64,000 nt of DNA, from assembly GCF_006345805.1 (NCBI RefSeq), contig NC_043009.1:50282001-50346000 (forward strand), written 5' to 3'. Positions 38,277-52,801 of the stretch are shown piece after piece. Each line of letters starts with the position of its first letter. Position 1 is the stretch's first letter. The position numbers and the translations under genes were made by a program. Source of the stretch: Octopus sinensis (taxonomy: Eukaryota). The notes under the pieces were generated by a model. The model was not told the origin of the DNA and searched no databases. It saw only the letters and a program-made list of their open reading frames with translations.

Positions 38277-38741
38277 AAGTTCACTCATGTTGGGGTATCT
38301 ATCTTGCAGGCACGTGCCATGAGTAATTACTCAGGGTAGGCAGTTGGTGACATTTATGTAGTAAAACACACACAAAAAAAAGTAAGTGAAGCACAGGTGC
38401 ATGACTGAGATGGAGGCAGATTTACTTCTGCCTTTATAGCACATGAAGAAAATGTTGTAGGAGTGTACGCAGCACATGTACTACAGCAATTCTATGCATA
38501 GTTTTAATACTGAGATTGAAAGGCAGGAGCAAATTATGCCTACCTAATCTACAAAAATGTAAAATATTTTGCATTTTATGCATAATAATCAGAGTAACCT
38601 TCATAATTTTATTGAATTAGGTGCCTATTTTGCCATAGAAGGAAAATGTTACTATTGATCTATTTCATTCAGGGTAAGCACTGCCTACCTTACGTACCCA
38701 TGTGGTACATCTCTGCTATCTTGGTATAATTAATTAAGTAT

Positions 38742-39134
38742 TCTCTTTTACTTGTTTCAGTCATTTGACTGTGGCCATGCTGGAGCACTGCCTTTAGTCG
38801 AGCAAATCGACCCCGGAACTTATTCTTTGTAAGCCCAGTACTTATTCTATCGGTCTCTTTTGTCGAACCGCTAAGTGACGGGGACGTAAACACACCAGCA
38901 TCGGCTGTCAAGCAATGCTAGAGGGACAAACACAGACACACAAATATTACACATACATACATACATATATATATATACATATATACGACAGGCTTCTTTC
39001 AGTTTCCGTCTACCAAATCCACTCACAAGGCTTTGGTCGGCCCGAGGCTATAGCAGAAGACACTTGCCCAAGATGCCATGCAGTGGGACTGAACCCGAAA
39101 CCATGTGGTTGGTTAGCAAGCTACTTACCACACA
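38742..39134 (-). mobile_element. Family A SINE (near full length)
   Basis: High identity to 6921-7321. Confidence 0.92.
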
Positions 39135-39423
39135 ATGATATTTTAAGATTGAATCAATGAACAACACTGATTCCCCAAAATATTTCTAATGTAAGAAATC
39201 ATTAAGATTAGTCTAATTATCCTTCAGAATTTGATTCACAGAAACAATAGTGTTGGATTTAAATATCTCGCCATATTTAATTATGTCCCTCTAAATTTTG
39301 AGTTCAAGTTTAAACAAGGTTTGACTTTTTTTCCATTCATCCTTTCAATTGATATTCTGGGAAATCAATTGAACCAGCTCCTTTCCTTACAAATTTGTGG
39401 CCTTGTGCCAAAGGTAGAAATTT

Positions 39424-39439
39424 CTACTACTACTACTTT

Positions 39440-39474
<35 letters not shown>

Positions 39475-39475
39475 T

Positions 39476-39540
<65 letters not shown>

Positions 39541-39569
39541 TTACTACTACTACTACTACTACTACTACT
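39424..39569. repeat. (ACT)n microsatellite with TTT interruptions
   Basis: Visible; it explains the poly-Thr and poly-Tyr ORFs. Confidence 0.95.
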
Positions 39570-40907
39570 GTTCAGTTACTAAAAACCTTTACTCTGTGAG
39601 ATGTAATGGAATGTCTTACGTGATAACATTGGACTCACTGTAGGTTCTAAAACATCAAACCAGTCAGGTGTCTTAAAATTGATTCAGTTTTACCTAAGCA
39701 ATTTAATTAATATGAAACAGAAAATATAATTTTGATCTCACCTGGAAACTGAGATTGAACTCAGTTTCACAGCGGTGATGTTCATCAACTTACTTTGAAG
39801 CTTCTGCTGACACCTCCTAGCAAAACTATAGTTCAGTAGGGAACTTTAATGACTAATCAGTTGTTTAACGACACACACACGGTATGACTACTCAAATTCG
39901 TGCGTGATTAATGAAGTAGTGGTGTTGGTAGTGTGTGGAAACTAACTCTGCTAATGGTAGTAAATCAAGCTGCTTACACAACAAGCAAAACCATGATTGT
40001 TGCCATGGTAGCAGAAAAGAAAGATTTTTAACTGTTGTTGCCGAGGCTAGTGTATGGAATAATAGATTCTAATTGCTAGAATATAATGGCACTACAGAAT
40101 TAAACAAAATCCCATACAAGGCTGGATTCAGCAATTAAGCTCTATCGTTCATACTGCATGGCAGAAAGAAAATCATGGTAGTTAAAGACTTGCATCACAG
40201 TTGGATCACTGATAAAGTTTCAGAACATTGTATTGAAAAATTTTTCACTCATAGAATAATAAAAAGTAAGTAAAATTGAAATGCTTTCCAAAATGTAGCT
40301 GAAGATGTAAGAGAACATTATGATGTATTATTTAAAAATAAATATATAAAAAAAAAGGAGGTTTTTCTTGGTTCATTTTCCTCTAAAGTCTAATTGGTAT
40401 TCACTAACTTTACTTGTCTTTTATGTTGCAAAACAGGATTTTAAAAGTTTCAAGGAATTCTAAATAGTATTGTTAAGGAAGACATGATACACTGGATAAA
40501 ATACATGCCAGAAATTAGAGCACACGTAAGCTTTTACAAATGTAGTTTACATTAATTTTTAAAACTAGGATGCTGATACAAGTCTACAAATATATATATA
40601 GGAGGAAAGGAAGAGCAGTATTGTGGCACGAATGTTTTTCTGGTTTTTTTTTTTTGGTTTTTTTTTCTTAAAACCCCACTTACAAGACACAAGCAGCATT
40701 AGTAAAGATGCTTAATGACTGTCATGAGTTCAAATTTTTGTTTATGTTTTACTTTCCACTCCACCGTGGTGTTTGCCACGAGCAGATTAGGAGAATTATT
40801 AAAGGAAATTGAGGTTGGAACAAGAAAGAATTTTGTAGTGTTCTTTATAGAATACCATTTGTTTCATTTATTTCTGAGTATAAGCGGCTGTTTCTTTATC
40901 AACATGT

Positions 40908-41290
40908 GTAAAAAGCACCATCCGAACATGGCTGATGCCAGCGCCGCCTAGACTGGCTTCTGTGCCAGTGGCACGTAAAAAGCACCATTCGAACATGGCC
41001 GATGCCAGTGCCACCTTGAGTGGCTTCCGTGCCAGTGGCACGTAAAAAGCACCAATCCGATCGTGGTCGTTGCCAGCCTTGCCTGGCACCTGTGCCGGTG
41101 GCACATAAAAAGCACCCACTACACTACGGAGTGGTTGGCGTTAGGAAGGGCATCCAGCTGTAGAAACACTGCCAGATCAGACTGGAGCCTGGTGCAGCCT
41201 TCTGGCTTCCCAGATCCCCAGTTGAACCATCCAACCCATGCTAGCATGGAGAACGGACGTTAAACGATGATGATGATGATGATGATGATG
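40908..41290 (+). mobile_element. Family C element with four aaaaagcacc units and (GAT)n tail
   Basis: Matches 17500-17763 and the reverse complement of 16542-16910. Confidence 0.9.
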
Positions 41291-41799
41291 TATGTGTTTA
41301 TGACTACACCACTATCTTCGTTAAGAAGAGAAAGAGTTTCTAGGTGTTCTCCCGCCACACTGCACCTTGCATAAGTGTCTTCTACATTACAGCCTCAAGT
41401 TGAACAGTATCATGTGAGGTGATTTTGGAAGGCAGAAACTGCGTGGAAGACATTTTGGGTATATGTGTATAAAGGTTTGTGTGTGTATGTAGCTATATTT
41501 TGGGAGTGGCGTACATATTTTGGGAAAGCCATAAACACACTCACCAGTTGTGGTTCACTTGTGTTCTTGGTTATATTCCTAGAAATTTTTCATCACATTT
41601 TTTCCTGTCATCATTTCAATGAGAATTTAAATGTTGAGTGTGTTTACAGTCTGTATAACAGTATGACTCTCCCAAAATATTAAGATATCAGTTACAACAC
41701 ACATTTTCAAATCAAAATTCCTGCCAAACAAATTCAAAAGCAAAATGTTTATCACACAAACACACACACTGACACACACAAATATATATGTATAAGTGT

Positions 41800-42010
41800 T
41801 GATTTCAAATTTTGGCACAAGGCCAGCAATTTTGAGAGAGAGGTGAGTTGATTACATCGATCTAAGTTCTCAACTGTTACTTATTTTATTGACCCCAAAA
41901 GGATGAAAGGCAGAGTAGACCTTGGCAGATGTTTGATCTCAGAACATAAAACCAGACAAAATGCTGTTGAGCATTTTGCCCAGCATGCTAATGACTCCGG
42001 TAGCTTGCCA
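41800..42010 (-). mobile_element. Diverged family B-like SINE
   Basis: ttattttattgaccccaaaaggatgaaaggcagagtagacc..gcatgctaatgactc. Confidence 0.7.
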
Positions 42011-45000
42011 CTTTGTATATATATATATATATATGTATAAATATTGGCATATATTAGTGCAAATATAGTACTTAAAGATAGCTTATTAGGCAATGTCATT
42101 GTGTATGGTATGCAGTGTGTTTATAATGTATATTATTGCTGCTGTGAAGGCTTAAATATTACACTATTCACTCATGAGCTACTCACAGATGATACCATAT
42201 TGAAGCTGTCTCCTCCATGTAGCATAACACACAGTGTGGAACCTGTCTGAATTGCAGCCTCTCTGATAGGACAGTACTACGGGTATTCTGGTTCTAGTGT
42301 TTCCTGGTTTGTATCTAATATAAATAACTCTTGCAGTGATCAATCTGTATCTTCAGATACAAAATCTAGAAGCATGTTTGTTTTCAAGAATATGCATTGA
42401 AAGCTCTCATGTATTAACAACAGTATTCAAGTATGTTTTGCTATTATTCTGAAACAGAGCTGCAAATTAATTATCCTCTAAGTTCCTCCCATGTCATTTC
42501 TGTTCCCTGTGATAAGTATTTGCATGGTTTGCTCTCAATGATATAAGGTTTACAAACATACTTTTGACCTCTCATTTTTAGAACATATTAAATTGGAAAC
42601 TAATCAATGGAAGAACCAACAATGAATTTGATTGATATTTGAACATCAGTGAAATTCAAATCAACATTCTTAATACCTACAGGAAGTAAAAACTAAAGCT
42701 GCATTATAAGGGGAACATTTAATCTCAAACTTCTATATATATTTTGTTAGTATTTTCACTGCCCACCCACTCCAAATTCATTCTTCATGCTATGCTTTGA
42801 AAATGAGTTGCTTGTCTTATCCTATGTAAAACAACCACTATGGCCCTGTATTCCCTTATCATAATTATCTGCCATTTCCCTGCAATAGCTCTTCTTTGTC
42901 AAGCTATTCTTGCATTTGTGATCTCCAATCTGTAGCTCCATATAACTTTACAGCAGCTATTATTCTTGTGTTAAACAGGCTTGCCAATATTTGCTTCTGA
43001 ATTTGTAAGCTGTGAAGGGTAAGTCTCCATTCATTCATATGATATGCATTTTCAGTGGTGGATAATGTTTGTAATGTTACACTGTAACACTTTTGTATTT
43101 GTAAATGTATTCAAAAGCATGTATGAAACAGATAGGGGGAACCCGAAGGAAAACTGCATGTCAGTGTTAAGAAGTGGTGTGTATCAAATTGAAAGCTGAA
43201 AATGAAATTTATAAAATGGGCATCATATTAATAGTTTTTCATAAAGAAATTGAAAGACTTGAATAAGTAGATAGCAGATAATTAATAAAACATACACACA
43301 CAGATATGCATATATATATATGAAACAAAAACTCATAAGGCAAAAGTATAAATATAAAACAAAATTTTGTGTAACATATATGAATAGAAAATGAATTATA
43401 TTAAACTGAAAGCTTCAAATGAACCTCTTAAAATTGAAATTTGTTAGTGTGAAGAATTGTAATGTACGAGATAGAAAGCAGAAAGTTACACTTTGAAAAT
43501 TGAAAGCTGTTGTATATATATATACATGAAATAATGAAAAACCTGTATGTAAATCTTCCATTTCAAAAATAACTGAACTGATATCTTACTGTAAACTGTA
43601 ACACACACACACATGTATATTTATACATATATCTCATTTTGAGTGAATTCACTAAGAAGCAATAAATTACATAACTCAAGATGTAAAGGCAGAGTATTTT
43701 CTTTAATAAATTTGAACTGAATGGCTCTAAAAAGCCAGCTCTCTGAGATTTGTGTTGTTGCTTTTTCAACAGACAATCTGAGCTTGCTGCCTCCTAAATC
43801 ATCAGATGTTTGAATATATGTCAAAATATTATATGAATGCTATCTAGAAACATCAATATTCTTTCAAAAAATCACGCAAGTAAAATTTATAAAAACATAT
43901 ACTTCAAGATCATGCTTTCCATATTCTTCCTGGGTAAGATGGTGATATAAAAATAATCTAAATATCTTCATACTTTTCATTTGTCATTGCATGCAGAGTC
44001 CAACCGCATACAAAGGATGTTGCACTGAAATTATTCTTCTCTTATGAAATTCCATTGTTATTTAAACAACTTTCTTAAAAACATCTGAAGAGAATTGCAA
44101 CTTCAAAACAAATGCTTTTTTGCTGAACCAGGTCAAAAATCAAAGAGGTGCACAAAAAAGGTTTAGCTTCATGAACATAAGGTACCAACAAATCAATTCT
44201 TTTGTTCAAACCATTAATGCTTTAAAGTAACATTCTGTTTTTCTCTTTCAAACAAAGATCACACCACATATCTGGTTTGAAGATCCACAACTGACCAAAT
44301 AATTTTGAATTTGTGAAAACTTGCCTTCACATAAGAACTATATAAATTTTGACAAAAACCATACCATTTATTTTTTTTTTAGCTGACAAATGAGTGGTTA
44401 TGTTTCGAGTATTGATTTTGTAATGACAGTTCAATTGCTCCAATACATACTTGGTTTTGACTTTAGAACTATATGCTACTGACTTTGCTAAAGAATTTCC
44501 ATGAATTTCATGAATTTCTACAGTTGCATGATTGGTGTTGGTTAGATACTTGCCTTTCTGATTCATTTAGCTATGCAGCATTATAATTCATGATATAACA
44601 ATCAAAATTCTTACAACTTGCATAACTAACCATAACAGTCTTTTCTAATATCATACAATATCTATGTCTTATTAAGAAATAGTAATCTATCAAATGAAGG
44701 AGTCCCCTGGCTATATTAGTTCTTACTGCTAGATTAAATACAGGGTTGTAATATAAAATATTCTTTTACCTGTTCCTATGCTTTTCGCTCTCAGTGCTTC
44801 AATATAGCTTATCGTAGAAACCACTATTTCTGAGCACTTTATTATAATACTCAGTTGCCTCATATAAGTATCTTCATTGGAAGATATTGAAAATGCAGAT
44901 TTACTTACACCATTGACTAAGTTTCTCAAAATGGTAAGCAAATGGTGTGATTGCTTGTACATGTATACTAATTTCTCATTTAGTTCGAGGTACTATCTGA

Positions 45001-45174
45001 AACTATTGTTATCTACTCTCAGGTTTGTTCTAGATAATCAACAGTGATAAGATTAGTATCTGTACTAAGCCCTATTCCCAGAAACAGTTTAATCTGACTT
45101 TTCCTAAATCTCTTCGACTTATGGCAGTATATATATGTATATAAATATATATAAAAGAGTAAAAGAGAAAAGAG

Positions 45175-45207
<33 letters not shown>

Positions 45208-46220
45208 CAATGAAAGATCTGTTATTTTAACCACCTGCTCCATTTTCAGAACAAACTAAAATGACAGGTTAATATGTAAGAAATACAGAAAACAAATACT
45301 GAAAATAATGGCTTTGCAACTTAGAAGCTGAAAATACTTATATGTATAGAAACTGATTGGAAACTTGAAGCAATAAATTGTAAATACAAGCAGGGAAATA
45401 TGACAGGAATATATATGAAACAAAATATGTAAATACAATAAATTGCTGGAAACTTAGAAACAATTAAGTGTGTGTGTGTGTGTGTATGTGTGTGTGTACA
45501 CATAGTGCTGAATGGAAATACTGAATGTAACAGATTAGCAGCAAAAAGATTTTTTTAAAAATCATTTTAAAAATGGAAAATGAACGAAAATTTGAAACGC
45601 CAAGAAATTGGAAGTAGGTATAAGTTCACAAGACACACACAATCCTTAAATTGAAATGAAATGACATTGCTTTTACTATGGCAACAGTCAGAGGATTTGT
45701 AGAGATCTGTTGTTGCCATCTTGCTATTTCATAGCTGAAATGACATCAGTTCACTAGTGCACATACATTAAAAATAAAATAGAAGTCTGCACAGAAACTA
45801 AATAATTTTAATTATAACTCCCACTCACACAAACACACACACACATTCATTCAAAGCTGAGTGTTCATTTGAACAAGTGCACATAACAGGAAACTCGGAG
45901 TAATGACAGTGTGAATGATCACTTCTAAGTGTATAAAATACATTCTACTACATGAATTAAGTACTCTTTCTAATGTTTGTACATCAATATACAGACAGAT
46001 AGATAGAATCTTTATAACAAGTTTCCAAAAGTTCAAGACAGAAAAACAAGGGACTATATATATTTTTTTTTCCCATACCACTCTGATGCTATGTAAGAGC
46101 TAAATACAAGTGCCAAATTTTGTTTCAATCACGAAAAGTATGTTGCATCAGAGAATTTCTGTAATCTTTTACTAAAATCTAAATGTAAACCATTTCATTA
46201 CAACATATCACATTAGGAGA

Positions 46221-46437
46221 AGAAGGAAAAAATTGGAATGAAGATTAAAACACTGTGTTTGCAACAAGAAACAACTAACTGCAGAGTGTAATTCTTTAAC
46301 ATTTGCATTTCTCTACAAGTTTACCTACAATATAATCTTGGAGTAAGTACTTAACCTATTTATCACATAAAAGTTTACATAGCAAGAGAGATAGAGACAG
46401 CAAGAGCAAAGGATAAAGACATATATATATATATATA

Positions 46438-46498
<61 letters not shown>

Positions 46499-46711
46499 AA
46501 AAAATTGGAATGAAGATTAAAACACTGTGTTTGCAACAAGAAACAACTAACTGCAGAGTGTAATTCTTTAACATTTGTATTTCTCTACAAGTTTACCTAC
46601 AATATAATCTTGGAGTAAGTACTTAACCTATTTATCACATAAAAGTTTACATAGCAAGAGAGATAGAGACAGCAAGAGCAAAGGATAAAGACATATATAT
46701 ATATATATATG

Positions 46712-46773
<62 letters not shown>

Positions 46774-46778
46774 AAAAA
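46221..46778. repeat. ~272 bp tandem duplication ending in (TA)n-(GA)n
   Basis: agaaggaaaaa starts at 46221, 46493 and 46768. The units differ by one substitution plus microsatellite length. Confidence 0.92.
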
Positions 46779-49700
46779 TATTGTGCTATGGAAACACATA
46801 TATTAAGCAATAAGTAGAAAAGTTCAAAAATATATTACGCTAAATTCTTTCTTTAATCTGAAGATCTTAAATTACATTTCCAACAAACAGTATTAACCAG
46901 AAATACAGAAGGCATTGATATAGGAGATAGAGAGTGAATATGCAGACTACTAAGAACTGTTTGTATGCAGCTAGGATTTTGGTAGCTTCTACGAGTTGGA
47001 ATTAAGTGCACGCACTTAGAGATTGATGTTTTTAATCGCAAAAATAAAGCACCAAACACCAGATACTGTAAATAAAGATCTTGGAGGCATTGTGCCATCA
47101 AATTTCTAAAGGATTCAAGGTGGCACTGGTATCTGACATTTTAATACAACCATTTAAAGTTGTTGTTCTTTGTTTTGCTCTGTGATTTTTTTTATTTTGT
47201 TTTTGCTTTTGATAGTTGTTCAAAACTGGAAATATCAAATGTTTGACATATTCTGTGATGTTGAATGGAAAATTCTACATTTTCTCAAGATTCTTGCCTA
47301 GAATTAGCCTACATCCATTTAATGTTTCTCTAATATATTAGAAAAAAAAGTATTTTCCATTTGTCAAGAAGTACTAAATCAAAATGCACTCACAACTAAA
47401 ATCCAAAAAGACTATATATATGTTTTTGTTTCATTATCAAATTAAGATTTGGTTTCCAAGTTATTCATCTCGTGATAACTGATTCTAATACCGAATACTA
47501 AGGTTAAAATAAAAATATTGCATGTGCATGCACACAGCCCAGCACACATGCACACATATACACAAAGACAAATAATTAGGTTCCAGTAGCCTAAATTATA
47601 AATGAATAAATGTACATAACTAAATATATATATATTCGAGTCACTGCATACAAATGAAAGTATGTATGGAATTGATGTATATGAAATAGATATTTAAAAA
47701 GTACATGTTCGTGCATGCAAATATGAGTGCATACATATATGTAGAAGTGTATATGAAGAACACTATCTCTAATAAATGTATATTTCTAAAACCATTTATC
47801 TGTACATGCAAGAATATATGTGAGTGTATATGAGTATACAGAGCCATAATACAATGCACATATACACATGCATGCATTTATGCACCAACATGCAAGGTTA
47901 CATATGTGCTGAAGTATGTCTGCATGGAGAGTAGAAGTTTGATGATAGAGGTGGTGGTGGTGGTGGTGGTTATGAAGATATATGCAAATAGCTATACATA
48001 CCCCAATAAGTGTATATATCTAAGTGTGGTGTGTTTGTTTGTTTGTTTGTTTGTTTGTGTATATTAGAGTTGTGTAGAAACAGTGAGAACGTGTGATTAA
48101 TAGCATGCTAGAAACTGTGTGACCATGTGAAAAAAGCATACAAGAATAGTACAAATGAGCTGAGGAGACAATTATGTAAGGGTATTTATGGTCATGTGAA
48201 AAAAGTATTACAAGGGTAAATATGAGTTGTGTACAGATGAGTTTTACAGTGTTTGTAAAGATACAGACATATAAGAGAATCAATATGTGACTGTCTAAGC
48301 ATTTCTGTTTAACCATATAGACATGCTTCTACACACATGTACAGAGATACACAATTATATACTAACAGACACACTTCACCTTATATAAGTACATACATAT
48401 ATGTATATATATTTAAATGCACACACACACACACACACACACATACACACATACACACGCAGATGTATATAAACGCAGACATGCATGTATGTATGCATGC
48501 ATGTTCACACATGACACTTTGATAAGACAGTGATGTCATGAGATACTGACTCAATGATAATTTCTTCTCTATTTAGCTCCAGTTTCACATTTACCAAGAA
48601 TTTTGCAATTCAATGGACAATGTATGTAAGCATGGACATGTGTGTTTGTGTATGCATGTGTACACATACATGTGTGAGTAAACATATATGTATGGAAGAG
48701 GGAAAAAAGAAGCTGAAGTATGGAAGGAAAAAAGCCTTTCATCTAAAAATCAAAGACAAATACACAGGGTGTTGAATACCTTAATTTAATTGAAAGGGTG
48801 GAAAGTAATACTGAAGAAGAGACAAAAGGAGAAGGAAAGAAAGAAAAAACTTTCCAACTATAAAGGAGAATGGTAACAGAGTGGGTCTTGGTGATTAGAT
48901 CATGACAACTATTAAAGGGACCCAAAGAGAGCTTATGTTAAAAAAAGTGTGCAAGATGGTTATGGGGTGGAGGACTTAAAACCAAGTTCAATAGCAATTA
49001 AGTGTAAAATAATCTAGCTTATCATCCCAGCCTTGCTCAGAAAAACCCAGTGAAGCCAGGCAACTGTCTGAGGAGAAATTAGGAGGGTCTTGCGTGTGTG
49101 CGTGTGTATACACACACACATATATATATATATATACAAGACAGAGAGATCCCAGAAAAGCAACCCATTCATGGACGAACATGCACCAGTGCGCATCACT
49201 AGAGGGTGCTGTCGTCACACACATGTAGACACTGGTTTTAATACACAGCAAAATGTGAAAAACAGGAAAGAAGAAAGGAAAAATAAACGGAGGGTAACCA
49301 AAAAGACAAAAAAAAAATAAAGAAATATAACTTTAGCTGGGACACTGAAAAAGTCATCAAGCAGACACAGATAAAAGGCATAACTGAATAAATAATTAAA
49401 TAAATAAATAATATTAATAATAATAATAATGATTGATAAAATAAATAAACGTATAGAAAAATAAACTATATGTATATATAAACAATTCTTTTGCTTTTGC
49501 GAGCTTTAATTTTCTTTAATGGTGTGAAAAAATGTTTCTCTGTTCTTAAGAGTGCTCTACTTCATCCATTCATTCAAATATATCTGTGTCTGGAAAGCTT
49601 TAGAAGTAAAAATGAGATGACAAGTGTAAATAAGTAAATTATTATTGTTTTACGATGCTTTTTATGTTATGTTTTTTGCTTCTTCATTGGCTTCCTTCAA

Positions 49701-50014
49701 ACAAACATTCATGTTTTTTGTTAATTTCTTGTAAAATGTTTAATTAAACACAAGTTTACACTTCACTGACATCAGCTCATTTGCTAATTTCGTATGATCA
49801 ACTGCCATATCCCTAAATAGTTGAACTGAATCATAGGCACAGGACCTTAAATGTGGGTTCAAATTGATACTGCAACAACCCTTTTGCATAATAAAACAAT
49901 TATTAAAATTCACTGTGGGGTGACGTCATTTTTGTTTTCTTACAAGGCCAGCCATCCTATATTAACCAGTGTATTTTATAGAGCTGAACATAGATATAAT
50001 ATAAGGTAATATAT

Positions 50015-50251
50015 GGAGGCGCAATGGCCTAGTGGTTAGGGCAGCGGACTTGCGGTCGGAGGATCGCGGTTTCGATTCCCAGACCGGGCGTTGTGTGTGT
50101 TTATTGAGCGAAAAACACCTAAAAGCTCCACGAGGCTCCGGCAGGAGGTGGTGATCCCTGCTGTACTCTTTCACCACTCTAAAGGCGGTGCTCCAGCATG
50201 GCCGCAGTCAAATGACTGAAACAAGTACAAAAAAAAAAAAAAAAAAAAAAA
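50015..50251 (+). mobile_element. Chimeric SINE: tRNA-like head and body fused to the family A 3' tail plus poly(A)
   Basis: A-box TGGCCTAGTGG at 50025-50035 and B-box-like GGTTTCGATTCCC at 50068-50080. At 50181 the sequence switches to aaaggcggtgctccagcatggccgcagtcaaatgactgaaacaagta (family A tail), followed by A23. Confidence 0.85.
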
Positions 50252-50548
50252 TATAGCATAAAGCAATATAGTACAGCATAGAAGAGAATAGTGTTGTGTG
50301 AAATGACATCAAATGTTTTAGAACACATCTTCTTTATAAGCTAGAGGGAAGAGTACAGAATAGTATTATTTCATATGATTTGAATTAATGTTATACAAGT
50401 GTAATGTGGAATAGTGCTAGTGTTAAATGGCACTGTAAAGAGTACTATACAATATAACATCAACCAAAGAATTAAAATTTATATTAGCATACCATTTGTG
50501 TAAAATTACTTTAGTTAAAGTGGTAAAGCTATTGAGGAACCTACTTAA

Positions 50549-50772
50549 CTCTTTAACCTTTAAAGCAACCATATCTAATCCAAATATTCTATCCAAATAT
50601 TTTATGTTCAAACCAACCAGATCTGGCCTCTTACATCTACCCTACAATGTCATTCTAAAAATAAACAATCACATCATTGAAATATTGAAGCTATGAGATA
50701 ATGCATAATTAATTTTTTAAAATGTGGATAAATAAGTATTACATTTGATGGAGTAATCTGAATATTAAAGGG
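50549..50772 (+). mobile_element. Diverged family D MITE
   Basis: ttatgttcaaaccaaccagatctggcctc..cctacaatgtc..taaagggtta; homologous to 32423-32643. Confidence 0.75.
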
Positions 50773-52332
50773 TTAGTATATACATGTCTTTCTATGACCA
50801 GAAATCAGTTGAATCATATAGAATAAAATGTAGCAAAAATACTCTACATTGTGAATGAGTCTTTATTAACAATGTCTCAGAGTATATTCATTCAGCTATA
50901 AATAATAGCTTATGATACTTTGGTTTTAAAATCCCTTGAATGGAAAAAAGACAAAATTGTTTGGGTGATTCAAACCACTTGCAAAGATGTTTGGTTTGAT
51001 GGTTCAAGTCCCATAGGCAGCTTTCCACCTTTTTACCATACAAAAGTTGTTTGTTTTCTTTTCCTAACCCAGTGTATTATAAACTATTATTTATAAGTGA
51101 ATTTACTTCAAGACACATCGTTAATATATATAAAAAAAAAAACTTTGATGCTTCTACAGTTTCATCCTAAATATAAACTCTGTATTGTGTCAATAACTCA
51201 AGGTTTAAGTATGTAGTCAAAATATAGCTTGGCAGCTAGAGGAGATTAAAATGGAGGTTTATCTTTATTTGGCAATTTTTTTATTTTGAATTTTCAAGGT
51301 GAAAGAATACAAAGTACAAACAGTAATAAAAATACCATTTCACAACAAAATAACATTCAGTTTGTTAATATAGCCACAGCTATATTATACGCCATACATA
51401 GAGAAGGCAATCACAAAAAAAAAAAAAACCTTGCTACAAGAAAAGAAAACAAAAATTAATACATAAGTGGTAAACGACAAACATGGCAAACATTCTTTTC
51501 TCCTCTCCTTATATAAATATCTGGGCTTATTGATTGACAAAATATTCAGGTGAGAACTACCAATCCCCAGACCAGACATTTATTATCAGTGCTTGTGGAA
51601 TGTCTTCGCAGAAATTATCATTGAAAACCATCAAAATTTCTCACCTATGTCTTACACTGTTCCAGCACAAATATTCTGCGATGTCATATTTTAGACATTC
51701 CAACCGAGAGAGCTGTGAACTACTCCCAGATAAACAGGAGACAAATAATTAAACTTTGAACTACACTGCTATGTCCTTTGATAAGGTCAGATGTCCTTTT
51801 CTGATTGAAAATAGCAATAGAAAAGAAAAAGAAAGCAAAAAAAAAAAAAAGAAAAGCAGAATAGAAAAAGATAATAAATAAAAGTGAAATATATAAATAA
51901 AGCAAAAATGTGAGAAAACGAGGAATTTTCTTCATTTTGGTTTTTCCACCTCCATTCCTTTTTATACACTCCAAACCAGTGTGGCTTTCCAGTTTCTCAA
52001 CTCTCATGTAAAACACACTGTTCAACGCCTTTGATCCTGGAACCCCTAACACCTAATCAACAAGGGAAAAGAAAAGAAGCAGCCTCAGAAGAAGAGAGCT
52101 GTCAAGAACAGCAGTAGCTGCCACTATGAATTCAGTGCATTTGGAAGCATCAGATTAGACAGGAGTAGTCTAGTGACCAGCTACCCTACACCAGATAAAA
52201 GGAACACACCACACTCACACACAAATAGCAAAAACAATTGCATGTAATGCATATAAAAGAAACACCTTTACATCAGATACAGAGAGAAATGGAGGAATTG
52301 ATATTTTACACCAACATAAATACACACACTCA

Positions 52333-52376
<44 letters not shown>

Positions 52377-52745
52377 TATATATATACATATATCATGTTT
52401 ATAGAGATACTTGCATTCAGCTATTACATACACTGACAGACATCTGCACGCATCATACATACACAAGCACATACACAGATCTGAAAACACCACACACACT
52501 AACAGATATTAAAAGGAAAAATTCCATTTCTAAGTAATAATAATTGATGAGACCCTGTAAATATTTCGTTTCTCAATATGCAATATTGTTGAATATTTTC
52601 CAGAAAAAATTTTAAAATATTAAATATAAAATTATGAACGTATCTGTATATCATTTTTCAAAAATTTCTTATATCCAAAGATATATGAAAGTGTATATGA
52701 TTATATGCTTACACACCATACATCTGTCTGTATGTATGTGTCACA

Positions 52746-52801
<56 letters not shown>

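Noticed and set aside
42980-43019. Mini-exon GLPIFASEFVSCEG, reminiscent of a GH5 motif
   Set aside because: Only 14 residues, no neighbouring compatible exons, and it overlaps probable decayed TE sequence.
49196-49210. CTCF-like TCACTAGAGGGTGCT
   Set aside because: Two mismatches to the consensus; not distinguishable from chance.
49921-49928. CRE palindrome TGACGTCA
   Set aside because: A single 8-mer is close to chance expectation in 64 kb, with no promoter context.
50015-50090. tRNA gene
   Set aside because: It continues into a SINE body and lacks a complete acceptor stem and a T-run terminator.
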